From Crocinitomicaceae bacterium (GTDB taxonomy: Bacteria > Bacteroidota > Bacteroidia > Flavobacteriales_D > Crocinitomicaceae): a DNA stretch of 64,000 bases. A program made the translations under genes and the position numbers. The stretch is from NCBI GenBank assembly GCA_024639405.1, contig JAHEIL010000010.1, positions 14,048-78,047 of the forward strand, read 5' to 3'. Shown piece by piece: positions 41,030 to 51,053 of this stretch. The notes below the pieces were generated by a model that was not told the DNA's origin, made no database searches, and was given only the letters and a program-made list of their open reading frames with translations. Position 1 is the stretch's first letter; the number at the start of each line of letters is the position of its first letter.

Positions 41030-41787
41030 TGTTCTAATTTTTTAAAATTTTCAAGTGCTTTATAGGCTGTTAAATCAAATTGAGTAGGAACTATACTAAC
41101 AAATCCTTCTTTTAAAGCAAAAAGATCTGTATCCTCTGCATGGTCTTCATTTTTAAACTCACCTGTTAACCAATAATACGGTTTCCCAAATTGATCCAAG
41201 CGTTTATCAAACCGATCTTCCCAAAAAGCATGTGCTTGTCGACAAACTTTAATCCCTCTCAAAGCTTCTTTATGCACATTCGGAATGTTCACATTCAAAC
41301 AGACATGATCTGGAAAAGTGTTTTTCAAGGCATATTCAAGAACCATTTTTATTGCGTCCTTAGCTGTTGAAAAATCAGCATTTGAATCAAAACTATCCAG
41401 CGAAAAACCAATCGAAGGAATGTTTTCCATTGCTCCTTCCACTGCGGCAGACATTGTTCCCGAATACAAAACATTCGACGCAGAATTTAAACCATGATTA
41501 ATACCTGAAAGAATCAAATCTGGTTTGCGTCTCATCACTTCATAAATTCCTAATTTCACGCAATCAACTGGTGTACCAGAGCATGTATAAGCCTCTAAAT
41601 CTGGAAATAAAATAGATTTTTCTAACCGTAAAATTTGATTTACTGTAATTGCATGTCCCATTCCAGACTGAGGTTTATCAGGTGCAATAACAAGAACATC
41701 ACCAAAAGTTTGAGCAACTTCAATTAAAGATCGGATTCCTTTTGCAGAAATCCCATCATCATTTGTTATGAATAGTAATGGACGCAT
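41026..41787 (-). CDS. surE: 5'/3'-nucleotidase SurE
   Basis: Motifs LFITNDDGI, SGINHG and YSGTMSAA. Confidence 0.9.
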   Translation of the reverse strand: MRPLLFITNDDGISAKGIRSLIEVAQTFGDVLVIAPDKPQSGMGHAITVNQILRLEKSILFPDLEAYTCSGTPVDCVKLGIYEVMRRKPDLILSGINHGLNSASNVLYSGTMSAAVEGAMENIPSIGFSLDSFDSNADFSTAKDAIKMVLEYALKNTFPDHVCLNVNIPNVHKEALRGIKVCRQAHAFWEDRFDKRLDQFGKPYYWLTGEFKNEDHAEDTDLFALKEGFVSIVPTQFDLTAYKALENFKKLEQ

Positions 41788-41899
41788 GTTTGTACTTTGC
41801 TACGAATTTAAGGATAATTGATTAATTACACGTTTTTATCTTTTCACAGATTTTATATTTTTCTTTTTGGTTTTTTATAAAAGTTACACCAAAAGATGT

Positions 41900-41907
41900 T
41901 ATTTTTG
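41900..41907 (+). promoter_or_regulatory. Bacteroidota -7 box (TATTTTTG)
   Basis: Exact TAnnTTTG match, 17 nt upstream of ATG 41925. Confidence 0.45.
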
Positions 41908-41924
41908 ATACAAGCAATTTAAGT

Positions 41925-42503
41925 ATGACAACACACGAACTTATCCTAGAACTTAACTCCAACACAAACAAATCGTTAGAACTAGTTTCGCACCAAATCA
42001 AAGGTCTTTCTGAAACACAACGATCATGGAAAAGTGATACCAATTCATGGAATATCAATGAGATTTTCGCACATTTAAATGCCTTCTCAAGTTATTACAA
42101 TGCTACTTTTTTATACAAATTTGAAGTAACAAAATTCAAAACACCAACGGATGAATTCATTTCATCACCATTGGGTAGATCGGCTTGGAAATCAATGAAA
42201 TTAGGCAATGCTAAAAATGTAAAACGGAAATTCAATGCCATTCGAACCATGAATCCAAAAACGAATTCAGAACTAAATACCATAAATAGCATAGAAGATT
42301 TTGAACATAACTTAACACAGTTGCTCACGATAATTACGCGATCAGCAACCGTAAATATTCGAAAAGTGAAAATTCCAATATCCTTTTCAAAAATTGTTCG
42401 CTTAAGATTGGGCGATGCTTTGTTGTATGTTGTTTACCATAATGAGCGGCATGTTCAACAAGCACTTAATTTAATTAATCACCCTAATTTTCCAAAGGTA
42501 TAA
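41925..42503 (+). CDS. DinB family protein
   Basis: His triad pattern (NEIFAHL..., VVYHNERHVQQ), typical of the DinB_2 family. Confidence 0.65.
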   Translation: MTTHELILELNSNTNKSLELVSHQIKGLSETQRSWKSDTNSWNINEIFAHLNAFSSYYNATFLYKFEVTKFKTPTDEFISSPLGRSAWKSMKLGNAKNVKRKFNAIRTMNPKTNSELNTINSIEDFEHNLTQLLTIITRSATVNIRKVKIPISFSKIVRLRLGDALLYVVYHNERHVQQALNLINHPNFPKV

Positions 42504-43264
42504 TGGCAACTCAATTTGGATTTTGTAAAGTAAGTATTTCTCCATTGCGCTCAGAAAATCGAGATTCTGCAGAGATGGTCTCTCAATTATTATTTGGCGA
42601 AATCGTTCAAATTGAAGAAATTTCTCTACCATGGATGAAAATAACTACGCTTACAGATCATTATGTTGGCTATGTTGATGTCAAACACATTGAACAGATT
42701 TCAGAAAAAGAAGTGAAACGTTGGTTAGACGGTTTAACCTATCAAAAAGAAGAAATCAGTAACATTGAAACACCGTGGGGTCGGCAACAAATTTTCAAAG
42801 GATCATGCATATCTCTTGATCATTCGGAGAACTTCAACATAGGTCCTTTTTCATTTAAATTAATAAATAAAACTCAATCAGTCATTGAACTAAATCCATT
42901 TTCAGCTGCTGAATCCTATTTAAACACGCCTTATTTATGGGGAGGTAAATCTCCTTTTGGAATTGATTGTTCAGGATTAACACAAGTTGTATTTCGTTTT
43001 TTTGACCGTAATCTTCCTAGAGATGCATCTCAACAAGTGGAAAATGGAACCGATATATCTTTTGAAGAAATTGAAACGGGCGACTTAGCATTTTTCTCCA
43101 ATAAAAACGGAAAAATAATTCATGTCGGTATCCTCAACGAAAACAAAGAAATTATTCATGCATCCGGATGGGTTCGAAAAGACATTCTAACAAAAGAAGG
43201 AATTATCCATTCAGAAACGAAGAATTTAACACATTCTCTTACCTGTGTGAAACGTATTTTATAG
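42503..43264 (+). CDS. NlpC/P60 (C40) family peptidase with N-terminal SH3-like domain
   Basis: Catalytic region [16 protein letters not shown]...HVGI. Its start overlaps the upstream stop (TAATG). Confidence 0.8.
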   Translation: MATQFGFCKVSISPLRSENRDSAEMVSQLLFGEIVQIEEISLPWMKITTLTDHYVGYVDVKHIEQISEKEVKRWLDGLTYQKEEISNIETPWGRQQIFKGSCISLDHSENFNIGPFSFKLINKTQSVIELNPFSAAESYLNTPYLWGGKSPFGIDCSGLTQVVFRFFDRNLPRDASQQVENGTDISFEEIETGDLAFFSNKNGKIIHVGILNENKEIIHASGWVRKDILTKEGIIHSETKNLTHSLTCVKRIL

Positions 43265-43299
43265 AAAAAACCGATATTTGTACCCTTAAAAACAATCAA

Positions 43300-44571
43300 A
43301 TGAGAGATCAAGAAATATTTCGCTTAATTGAAGAAGAAAAACAACGTCAATTACATGGTGTTGAATTAATTGCTTCTGAAAATTTTGTCAGTGACGAAGT
43401 CATGAACGCAATGGGAAGTGTATTAACAAATAAATACGCTGAAGGATTACCTGGTAAACGTTACTACGGCGGATGTGAGGTTGTAGACAAAGTGGAGCAA
43501 TTAGCAATCGATCGTTTGTGTACTCTATTCGGTGCAACTTGGGCAAATGTTCAACCTCATTCTGGGGCTCAAGCAAATGCAGCTGTATTTTTAGCTTGTT
43601 TAAATCCTGGCGATAAAATTTTAGGATTTGATTTATCACACGGTGGTCACTTAACGCATGGTTCGCCTGTGAATTTTTCGGGTAAATTATACCAACCATT
43701 TTTCTATGGGGTTAACAAAGAAACAGGACGTGTTGATTATGATTTAATGGAAGAAGTAGCGCGCAAAGAGAAACCTAAAATGATTATTTGTGGTGCCTCT
43801 GCTTACAGCCGTGATTGGGATTATGCTAGAATTCGTAAAGTAGCTGACGAAATTGGAGCACTTGTTTTAGCTGATATTTCTCATCCATCTGGATTGATAG
43901 CAGCAGGTTTGTTATCTGACCCGTTAGAACATTGTCACATTGTAACATCTACTACACATAAAACATTGCGTGGACCTCGTGGAGGTATTATTATGATGCG
44001 TCACAATTTTGAAAATCCATTTGGTATTAAATGGAACAATGGAAACTTACGTTCAATGGCAGCATTGTTAGACGCTGCAGTTTTTCCAGGTATTCAAGGC
44101 GGGCCTTTAGAACATGTTATTGCTGCTAAAGCAGTTGCATTTGGTGAAGCTGCATCACAAAATTACAAAGATTACATGGCACAAGTGAAACGAAATGCAA
44201 GTGTAATGGCAGATGCATTTATGAAAAAAGGCTATGAAATAATTTCTGGAGGCACAGATAATCATTCCATGTTGATAGATTTACGTTCTAAAGGAGTAAC
44301 AGGAAAAGACGCAGAAAACAATCTAGTTTTAGCGGATATTACAGTTAATAAAAACATGGTTCCTTTTGATACTGAATCTCCTTTTGTTACTTCTGGTATT
44401 CGTGTTGGAACACCTGCAATTACAACAAGAGGAATCAAAGAAGACGAAATTATAGCAGTGGTTGATTTAATGGATAAAGTTTTAACAAACATTTCGAATG
44501 AATCAACAATTCAAGCAGTTAAAAAAGAGGTAAATGCCTTGATGGGACATCGTCCGCTATTTCAATGGTAA
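43300..44571 (+). CDS. glyA: Serine hydroxymethyltransferase
   Basis: [11 protein letters not shown]-lysine motif [17 protein letters not shown] 43300 (MRDQEIF) chosen because track ORF 43168 overlaps the upstream gene. Near -7 box GATATTTG at 43273-43280. Confidence 0.93.
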   Translation: MRDQEIFRLIEEEKQRQLHGVELIASENFVSDEVMNAMGSVLTNKYAEGLPGKRYYGGCEVVDKVEQLAIDRLCTLFGATWANVQPHSGAQANAAVFLACLNPGDKILGFDLSHGGHLTHGSPVNFSGKLYQPFFYGVNKETGRVDYDLMEEVARKEKPKMIICGASAYSRDWDYARIRKVADEIGALVLADISHPSGLIAAGLLSDPLEHCHIVTSTTHKTLRGPRGGIIMMRHNFENPFGIKWNNGNLRSMAALLDAAVFPGIQGGPLEHVIAAKAVAFGEAASQNYKDYMAQVKRNASVMADAFMKKGYEIISGGTDNHSMLIDLRSKGVTGKDAENNLVLADITVNKNMVPFDTESPFVTSGIRVGTPAITTRGIKEDEIIAVVDLMDKVLTNISNESTIQAVKKEVNALMGHRPLFQW

Positions 44572-44581
44572 TAAACAAATG

Positions 44582-44612
44582 AAAGGCAGAATTAAACGTT
44601 CTGCCTTTTTTT
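44582..44612 (+). terminator. Rho-independent terminator
   Basis: Stem aaaggcaga (44582-90) / tctgccttt (44600-08) running into a T run. Confidence 0.7.
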
Positions 44613-44622
44613 ATAAGATATA

Positions 44623-45072
44623 ATGAGATTCAATTCAAAACTTGATAAACATTTTAAAATCATCTTTTTTATTTTAATCGTGATTGGAATAGGAGCTTCA
44701 ACGATAAGAAACCTGTTGTTTAAAGATGTGTTTTCAATAACTCCATTTATTATTTCAGTTGTTTCTTTGGGGTTTATTTATTACAGCAGCAAAACTATCT
44801 ATTACATCATTGAAGGAAACGAATTAATCTGTAAATCTCTATTTTTAAAGAGGAAAATTGAAATCAGCTACATTCGTAAAATCGAAAAAAGTAATTCTTT
44901 AGGAAGTATTTACAAAATTGCATCCGCTTTTCATGGCTTAACGATTCATTACAATAAATTTGACGATGTATTTATTTCACCTGAAAACTATTTAGAATTT
45001 TGCAAATTATTGAAAGAACAAAATCCATCCATTCAATTTATTCCAGAAACAGAATTTAATTTAAACAGCTGA
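44623..45072 (+). CDS. Hypothetical membrane protein, possible bacterial PH (bPH) domain
   Basis: Two N-terminal TM helices followed by a roughly 80-aa soluble domain (YYIIEGNELICKS...GLTIHYNKFDDVFISP). Confidence 0.45.
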   Translation: MRFNSKLDKHFKIIFFILIVIGIGASTIRNLLFKDVFSITPFIISVVSLGFIYYSSKTIYYIIEGNELICKSLFLKRKIEISYIRKIEKSNSLGSIYKIASAFHGLTIHYNKFDDVFISPENYLEFCKLLKEQNPSIQFIPETEFNLNS

Positions 45073-45855
45073 TTGTTTTCTAATAATTCTCCAAAATAAC
45101 TTTGGGAAAAAGCGTTTGATTTTAACGGCTAAAATTTCTTTATTCCCAATCAATACTTCTTTCTTGTTTTTTTGTACAGCAATTAAAAGTTGTTTAACAC
45201 ATGTTTCAACAGGCATTCCAGTTGCTTGATTGTGATCCATAATTCCATGCTGTTCTCCTTTTGCATTCAAAGCATGAACAGAGATTGACGTATTTATTTT
45301 TCCAGGAAAAGCAAGCGTTACATGAATGTTATTTTTCGCTTCTTCTAATAACAAACTTTCATAAAATCCAACTAAAGCATGTTTTGAAGCACTGTATGCA
45401 GAACGTAGAAAGAACCCAAATTTCCCAGCAATACTAGAAATAACAACAATATGTCCACTTTTCTGTTGAGTGAAATGTGGCAATACAGCTTTTGTCAATG
45501 CAATATTACCAAAATAATTAATTTCCATGATGCGACGATCGACTTCCATTGGAGTTTCAGCAACAGTTGAACGTTGACTTAATCCACCGTTGTTGAATAA
45601 GTAATCAATTCGGCTGTATTTTTCAATGACTTGATCAACTGCAGATTTGAAAGATGATGAATCTTCTAAATCAAGTGGCAAACATAAATGCTTCGTGGAA
45701 TCTTTTAATGTCGCTTGAACGTTGTTTAATGCTGAAAGATTTCGAGCAGAAAGAATAACTACTGCACCTTGTTGAGCAGCTTGAACAGCAATCTCTTCTC
45801 CTATTCCTGAAGAAGCACCTATGACCCAAACAATTTTATCTTTTAAAAAATGCAT
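45061..45855 (-). CDS. Short-chain dehydrogenase/reductase (SDR)
   Basis: Cofactor-binding motif GASSGIG, NNGG, and catalytic YSASK motif. Confidence 0.85.
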   Translation of the reverse strand: MHFLKDKIVWVIGASSGIGEEIAVQAAQQGAVVILSARNLSALNNVQATLKDSTKHLCLPLDLEDSSSFKSAVDQVIEKYSRIDYLFNNGGLSQRSTVAETPMEVDRRIMEINYFGNIALTKAVLPHFTQQKSGHIVVISSIAGKFGFFLRSAYSASKHALVGFYESLLLEEAKNNIHVTLAFPGKINTSISVHALNAKGEQHGIMDHNQATGMPVETCVKQLLIAVQKNKKEVLIGNKEILAVKIKRFFPKLFWRIIRKQSAV

Positions 45856-45862
45856 CTAACAT

Positions 45863-45892
45863 CAAAAAAAATCCCAACGTTTCGGTTGGGAT
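45863..45892 (-). terminator. Rho-independent terminator (minus strand)
   Basis: Stem atcccaac (45871-78) / gttgggat (45885-92). The A run at 45864-45870 is a T run on the minus strand. Confidence 0.65.
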
Positions 45893-45901
45893 TAATGAAT
45901 A

Positions 45902-46333
45902 TTATAAATCGTCCGGTAACGTAACAGATTTAGGAATTTTTTGTTTTGGTTTTAATTTATCAATGAAAATCACTTTCAATTTCTGATTATCATTGGTGTA
46001 AATCATTTCAGAAATACCATTTGTAATAATCGCAGGTGCTTTTTTCTCATTGTAGAATTTTTTACCCAATGCTTCAAACGATTCATATGTGTTATCATCG
46101 TATTGAATAAAAATAGAAACAATTTGTCCGTTTTCAACACGCGCCTTACCAGCAACACAACTTACACCATCTTTTTCAAAAAAACTGATGATCACGTTTC
46201 TGTGCATTTCGTCAGACACCGTGTATGCGCCTCTTTTTGTAAAAGCTTCTTCATATCTTTTAAAGCAATCAGCTTGTGCAGAAGCAACTGAAGCAATAAA
46301 AATGGAACATAATACAATTATTGTTTTCTTCAT
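45902..46333 (-). CDS. Hypothetical secreted protein
   Basis: ATG 46333 gives signal peptide MKKTIIVLCSIFIASVASAQ. The track ORF start (46378) adds 15 non-signal residues. Confidence 0.55.
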   Translation of the reverse strand: MKKTIIVLCSIFIASVASAQADCFKRYEEAFTKRGAYTVSDEMHRNVIISFFEKDGVSCVAGKARVENGQIVSIFIQYDDNTYESFEALGKKFYNEKKAPAIITNGISEMIYTNDNQKLKVIFIDKLKPKQKIPKSVTLPDDL

Positions 46334-46414
46334 AATATTAATTTTTTGATGAGTAAACTCACGATTCAAATATAACAAGTTTCATTGAATTTTCATTCGT
46401 CCCAATAAAATATT

Positions 46415-46422
46415 TATTTTTG
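46415..46422 (+). promoter_or_regulatory. Bacteroidota -7 box (TATTTTTG)
   Basis: Exact TAnnTTTG match, 15 nt upstream of ATG 46438. The TTG start of track ORF 46420 lies inside this box. Confidence 0.45.
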
Positions 46423-46437
46423 ACAAAAAACAACGCA

Positions 46438-47013
46438 ATGAACACGAAACAAATAGCAAGCCATTTTTCACAAGCTTTGGAAGTTTTAACTGCCTTTAAT
46501 ACTCCTGAAAATCATGCATTAATTGAAGCAGCTGGTAAATTAATGGTGCAATCTTTAAATAATGATGGCAAAATTATCAGTTGTGGAAACGGTGGTTCAT
46601 TGTGTGATGCCATGCATTTTGCAGAAGAATTATCTGGCCGTTACAGAGAAAATAGAAAAGCACTAGGTGCAATTTCAATTTCAGACCCAAGTCACATGAG
46701 CTGTGTGGCCAACGATTTTGGTTACGATTTTGTTTTTTCTCGCTACCTAGAAGCAGTTGGAAGAAAAGGTGATGTATTGTTAGCGATATCAACTTCCGGA
46801 AATTCAAAAAATGTGTTGGAAGCAATCAAAACTGCAAAAGAAAAAGGAATATTTGTTGTAGGATTAACAGGGAAAAATGGTGGAAAAATGGCAGGCTTAT
46901 GCGATGTTGAAATCCGAGCACCTTACACTGAATATGCAGATAGAGCGCAAGAAATCCATATTAAAGTTATCCATACTTTAATAGACTATATTGAAACTAC
47001 TATTGACGCTTAA
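46438..47013 (+). CDS. gmhA: D-sedoheptulose-7-phosphate isomerase (phosphoheptose isomerase)
   Basis: [26 protein letters not shown] is nearly identical to the GmhA signature. SIS domain. Confidence 0.85.
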   Translation: MNTKQIASHFSQALEVLTAFNTPENHALIEAAGKLMVQSLNNDGKIISCGNGGSLCDAMHFAEELSGRYRENRKALGAISISDPSHMSCVANDFGYDFVFSRYLEAVGRKGDVLLAISTSGNSKNVLEAIKTAKEKGIFVVGLTGKNGGKMAGLCDVEIRAPYTEYADRAQEIHIKVIHTLIDYIETTIDA

Positions 47014-47019
47014 GTTGGT

Positions 47020-48822
47020 TTATTTTTTTGGTGAAAAAACTTCTAGTTTGAAATCATCTACCTCTAAATTACATGCAGAGCGTTTCCAGAAATAAGATTT
47101 GAGTTCATCTTTTGTTGAACGAATTGGAGGCGTTAAATAATAAAACGAAACGGATTCCCACGTGTTGGTGTTTTTTAAATCAAAAACTTGATAGCCATAA
47201 TTTCCTTCTTTACGGTCTAACATCATTGCAAAAAGAGGAATTTCTCCTTTATTATCTGTTTTGTATCGAAAAGATACATGTATCCATGCGTGGTCTTTTG
47301 CCGTTAAGTCCTGGTAAGGAAACTGATTGGTTAGCGCGAATTCTACTGTTGAATCGGATTGATAAATTGAATGAGCTAATTCGTTAAAATTCCGTTCAAA
47401 AGCAAGGTGTTTAGTATAATCTTTTTGATTATTAAATACTTGTTGCCCATTAAAATCGCGTTGAAATGCTTTTAATTTCAAATCAGAGGGTTGAACACTT
47501 GTTTGTAAAAACGTTGCCCAATAATAGTCTTTGGTTGTGTAGTATGGATCGAGAATGTAATTTCTAAGTTGCCACCATTGAAATTGATTGAACGCTGTAA
47601 ATAGTATAAATACACTCCCAAAAATCATTTGAACAGACTTTTTTTCTTCAGCAATTCGCACAATAAAATAACCAAGAGGAATGGCTAATAGTGGATAATA
47701 AGTAATCAATGGTCGAATTGAAAAACCTGCTCCATACCACCACTCTGTCCAAGAAACAACAAGGTAGAACGAACTGAAAAAAGCAAGTAATAAGGCAGGA
47801 AATACTGATGGATTTTTTTGTTTTAATTCAAAGAAACCAAGTAGTCCAAAAATAGCAATTGGCGTATAGAGCAACCAACCTTTTTTATAAGAAAATAACG
47901 CTTCAATTAGGTGTGGATTTAAAAAATCTAACCCAACACCTGGATTTTTATAAGAATCATAAATGAAATGACCTGTTTTAAATTGCCAATACATCAGTTG
48001 TGGTATAAAAAGAAGAAAACAAAGAGCTATTACTCCTACAAAAGGTCCTTTATGCGTTGCAATTAAAGTTAGTTTTTCTTTAAATGTTTTACGAGAAAAC
48101 ACACCCCAAAACAAGGGCAATAAGAGCAATAACAATTCACTTGGTTTGACTAAAATCATGAAGGATAAACTCAGTCCAATTCCTAGCAAATTTTTAAACT
48201 GAAAAGTCTTATGCCATTGGATAGTATTCCAAAAAAGGAGTGTACACAACATAAATAAAACATTGACTGTTTCAAGATTTTTCAAAGTTAAATGGTGCGT
48301 ATAATTTGTAGCAAACACAATTAAAACAAAAACAATTGCAGCTATTTTGTCTGTGAAAAAATGACGTAAAATTTTTCTTAAATAAACCAATCCAACAATC
48401 GTGTAAATTATAGCTCCATATACCATTGCCAATTGATACGGTAGCGAAAACCCATCTTGTGCAAAACCAGTAAAACCGGCTAAAACATGACCAATAAAAA
48501 AGAAAAGGCTGTAAAATAAAGACATTCCAAACAAAAAGAAATACATTGGTTTACCTTCTTCGGTCGTTGAAATTTGATAAAGAGTTCCTGTAAGTTGCTT
48601 TTTTTCATTGAGACCATCAACCCAACCTCTATTTTCAAGCAAAGGATCATTGTAAATAAATGTAGCTGGTAAAGGCAAGTAATATCCAAAAACATCCCAA
48701 GTAATTTCCTTCTGTTCAACATGCGTTCCTCTGAATAAAACAATGAAACAAATGCTTAAAAACAGTGCCATTTTAGAAATGGATTGTTGTTGAATGATGT
48801 GAAAGATTTTAGACGTTATCAT
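47020..48822 (-). CDS. Polytopic membrane protein, putative GT-C (ArnT/PMT-like) glycosyltransferase
   Basis: About 11 predicted TM segments over 400 aa, then a soluble C-terminal domain. The assignment rests on topology only. Confidence 0.35.
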   Translation of the reverse strand: MITSKIFHIIQQQSISKMALFLSICFIVLFRGTHVEQKEITWDVFGYYLPLPATFIYNDPLLENRGWVDGLNEKKQLTGTLYQISTTEEGKPMYFFLFGMSLFYSLFFFIGHVLAGFTGFAQDGFSLPYQLAMVYGAIIYTIVGLVYLRKILRHFFTDKIAAIVFVLIVFATNYTHHLTLKNLETVNVLFMLCTLLFWNTIQWHKTFQFKNLLGIGLSLSFMILVKPSELLLLLLPLFWGVFSRKTFKEKLTLIATHKGPFVGVIALCFLLFIPQLMYWQFKTGHFIYDSYKNPGVGLDFLNPHLIEALFSYKKGWLLYTPIAIFGLLGFFELKQKNPSVFPALLLAFFSSFYLVVSWTEWWYGAGFSIRPLITYYPLLAIPLGYFIVRIAEEKKSVQMIFGSVFILFTAFNQFQWWQLRNYILDPYYTTKDYYWATFLQTSVQPSDLKLKAFQRDFNGQQVFNNQKDYTKHLAFERNFNELAHSIYQSDSTVEFALTNQFPYQDLTAKDHAWIHVSFRYKTDNKGEIPLFAMMLDRKEGNYGYQVFDLKNTNTWESVSFYYLTPPIRSTKDELKSYFWKRSACNLEVDDFKLEVFSPKK

Positions 48823-48963
48823 CTAACAAAGTAAGTAATTATACCTGAAATAACGAATATTTGAAAGTAAGAAATAATTGAGTTATTAACTTTTTAAATT
48901 AAATTGTTGAAAAACGGTAATAAAACAACGGCATTAATTAAAATTAGAACCAAAATTATTCCC

Positions 48964-48971
48964 TAAATTTG
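48964..48971 (+). promoter_or_regulatory. Bacteroidota -7 box (TAAATTTG) for fur
   Basis: Exact TAnnTTTG match, 17 nt upstream of ATG 48989. Confidence 0.45.
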
Positions 48972-48988
48972 CCCTTTTCGATCAAAAA

Positions 48989-49435
48989 ATGTCGAATCAG
49001 GATTTACAAATAACAGTTAAAAACATTTTTTCCGCATATTTGGAGCAGAACGGGCATCGTAAAACACCTGAACGCTTTGCTATACTCGCAGAAATCTACA
49101 ATTATCAAGGACATTTTGATATCGAATCGTTGTACATCAAAATGAAAAACCAAAACTACCGCGTTTCTCGTGCAACCTTGTACAATACAATTGAATTACT
49201 TTTAGCATGTAACATTGTTCGTAAGCACCAGTTTGGAAAAAACATGGCGCAATTCGAAAAATCACACGGTTCAAAACAGCACGATCATTTTGTTTGCACA
49301 AATACAGGTGAAGTTATTGAATTTTGTGATCCGCGTATTCAAGCTATTAAAGCAACAATTGAAGAAGTATTCAATGTTACAATTCAACACCATTCGCTTT
49401 ATTTTTATGGCGTGAAAAACGATGAAAAAAAATGA
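48989..49435 (+). CDS. fur: Fur-family transcriptional regulator
   Basis: Winged-helix region [13 protein letters not shown]...[13 protein letters not shown] and metal site [17 protein letters not shown]. Confidence 0.8.
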   Translation: MSNQDLQITVKNIFSAYLEQNGHRKTPERFAILAEIYNYQGHFDIESLYIKMKNQNYRVSRATLYNTIELLLACNIVRKHQFGKNMAQFEKSHGSKQHDHFVCTNTGEVIEFCDPRIQAIKATIEEVFNVTIQHHSLYFYGVKNDEKK

Positions 49436-49785
49436 GTTTCAGTTTTAACATAGCGCAAAACACAACGAATAATACTGTTCATTTCAGTGGTAGAATTATC
49501 ACGGAAACTGATTTTGAAGCCTTAGCAAAAGCTCTTGCTTCTTCTGAAAATGAACAACAAAATAATTGGATTTTTGACTTATCAGAATTGACACACATCA
49601 ATTCTTCAGGTATAAATTTTATCATCCGCTCATTAACAAAAAACCGAATTAAAAACGGAGAAGTTATTGTGTGTGGTGTTGCAGGTAATGTAAAATCGCT
49701 TTTTGAAATAGCTAAATTAGACGGTATTTTCACCATCTACAAAAGTTATGAAGAAGCACTTAATCATTTTAATACAAACAAATGA
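49432..49785 (+). CDS. STAS-domain protein (anti-sigma-factor-antagonist-like)
   Basis: 117 aa with SpoIIAA-like pattern [21 protein letters not shown] overlaps with both fur and purA. Confidence 0.65.
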   Translation: MSFSFNIAQNTTNNTVHFSGRIITETDFEALAKALASSENEQQNNWIFDLSELTHINSSGINFIIRSLTKNRIKNGEVIVCGVAGNVKSLFEIAKLDGIFTIYKSYEEALNHFNTNK

Positions 49786-51053
49786 AAGTTGACGTACTAT
49801 TGGGATTACAATGGGGTGACGAAGGAAAAGGAAAAATCGTCGATGTATTAACACCAAAATATGATATCATTGCACGATTTCAAGGAGGACCAAATGCTGG
49901 TCACACCTTAGAATTCAATGGCATCAAACATGTGTTACACACCATTCCATCAGGAATTTTTAGAGAAGATGTAATCAATTTAGTTGGAAACGGTGTTGTA
50001 ATCGATCCGGTAATATTTCAAAAAGAATTGGAAAAATTAGCTCCGTTCAACATCGACTTTAAGAAACGCTTGTTACTTTCTAAAAAAGCACATTTAATTT
50101 TGCCTACTCACCGTTTATTAGACGCAGCTTCAGAAACTGCAAAAGGTAAAAACAAAATTGGTTCTACTTTAAAAGGAATTGGACCAACTTACATGGACAA
50201 AACAGGCCGAAATGGCTTGCGTGTTGGTGACATTTTTATGGCTAATTTCAAAGAAAAATACGATGCATTGGTTGAAAAACACATCGGAATTTTGAGCCAC
50301 CACAAAGACTTCGAATACGATTTAGCTGAATTGGAAGGCCCTTGGATGGAAGGAATTGAAGTATTGAAAAACTTAACAGCTGTTGACAGCGAACATTACT
50401 TAGACCAAGCGTTCAGAGCAGGTAAAAAAGTATTGGCTGAAGGCGCTCAAGGAACAATGTTAGACGTTGATTTCGGAACGTATCCTTTTGTAACTTCATC
50501 TAATACAGTTACTGCAGGAACGTGTACAGGATTAGGAATTGCTCCAACAAAAATCGGAAACGTAATTGGAATTTTCAAAGCCTATTGCACTCGTGTTGGA
50601 AGTGGACCTTTCCCTTCTGAATTGGATGATGAAGTTGGTGAATTGATTCGTCAAGAAGGACGTGAATTTGGTGCAACAACAGGTCGCCCAAGAAGATGTG
50701 GTTGGATTGATATCCCACAAATGAAATACGCGATTATGATCAACGGTGTAACTGAACTTTCTATGATGAAAGCAGATGTTTTAAGTTGTTTCGAGAAAAT
50801 TCAAGTGTGTACACATTACATTATTGATGGTGAAAAAGTGGATTATTTCCCATTTGATGTCAATGGAATTGAATTAACGCCTGTTTATGAAGAATTAGAA
50901 GGTTGGAATACAGACTTGACTCAATTAACAGATTATAACGATGCACCAAAAGCATTAAAAGATTATGTCTTATATTTGGAGGAAAAATTAGAAGTACCAA
51001 TTAAAGTAGTTTCAGTTGGTCCGGATAGAACGCAAACTTTAAGTAATCATTAA
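49782..51053 (+). CDS. purA: Adenylosuccinate synthase
   Basis: Motifs GLQWGDEGKGKIVD, GPNAGHT and GIGPTY, with GTTGRPRRCGW. Confidence 0.95.
   Translation: MKVDVLLGLQWGDEGKGKIVDVLTPKYDIIARFQGGPNAGHTLEFNGIKHVLHTIPSGIFREDVINLVGNGVVIDPVIFQKELEKLAPFNIDFKKRLLLSKKAHLILPTHRLLDAASETAKGKNKIGSTLKGIGPTYMDKTGRNGLRVGDIFMANFKEKYDALVEKHIGILSHHKDFEYDLAELEGPWMEGIEVLKNLTAVDSEHYLDQAFRAGKKVLAEGAQGTMLDVDFGTYPFVTSSNTVTAGTCTGLGIAPTKIGNVIGIFKAYCTRVGSGPFPSELDDEVGELIRQEGREFGATTGRPRRCGWIDIPQMKYAIMINGVTELSMMKADVLSCFEKIQVCTHYIIDGEKVDYFPFDVNGIELTPVYEELEGWNTDLTQLTDYNDAPKALKDYVLYLEEKLEVPIKVVSVGPDRTQTLSNH

Noticed and set aside
46438-48822. Functional link between gmhA (heptose synthesis) and the adjacent 600-aa GT-C-like membrane protein
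   Set aside because: The genes are convergent rather than co-transcribed, and the glycosyltransferase call rests on topology alone. The evidence is not sufficient.
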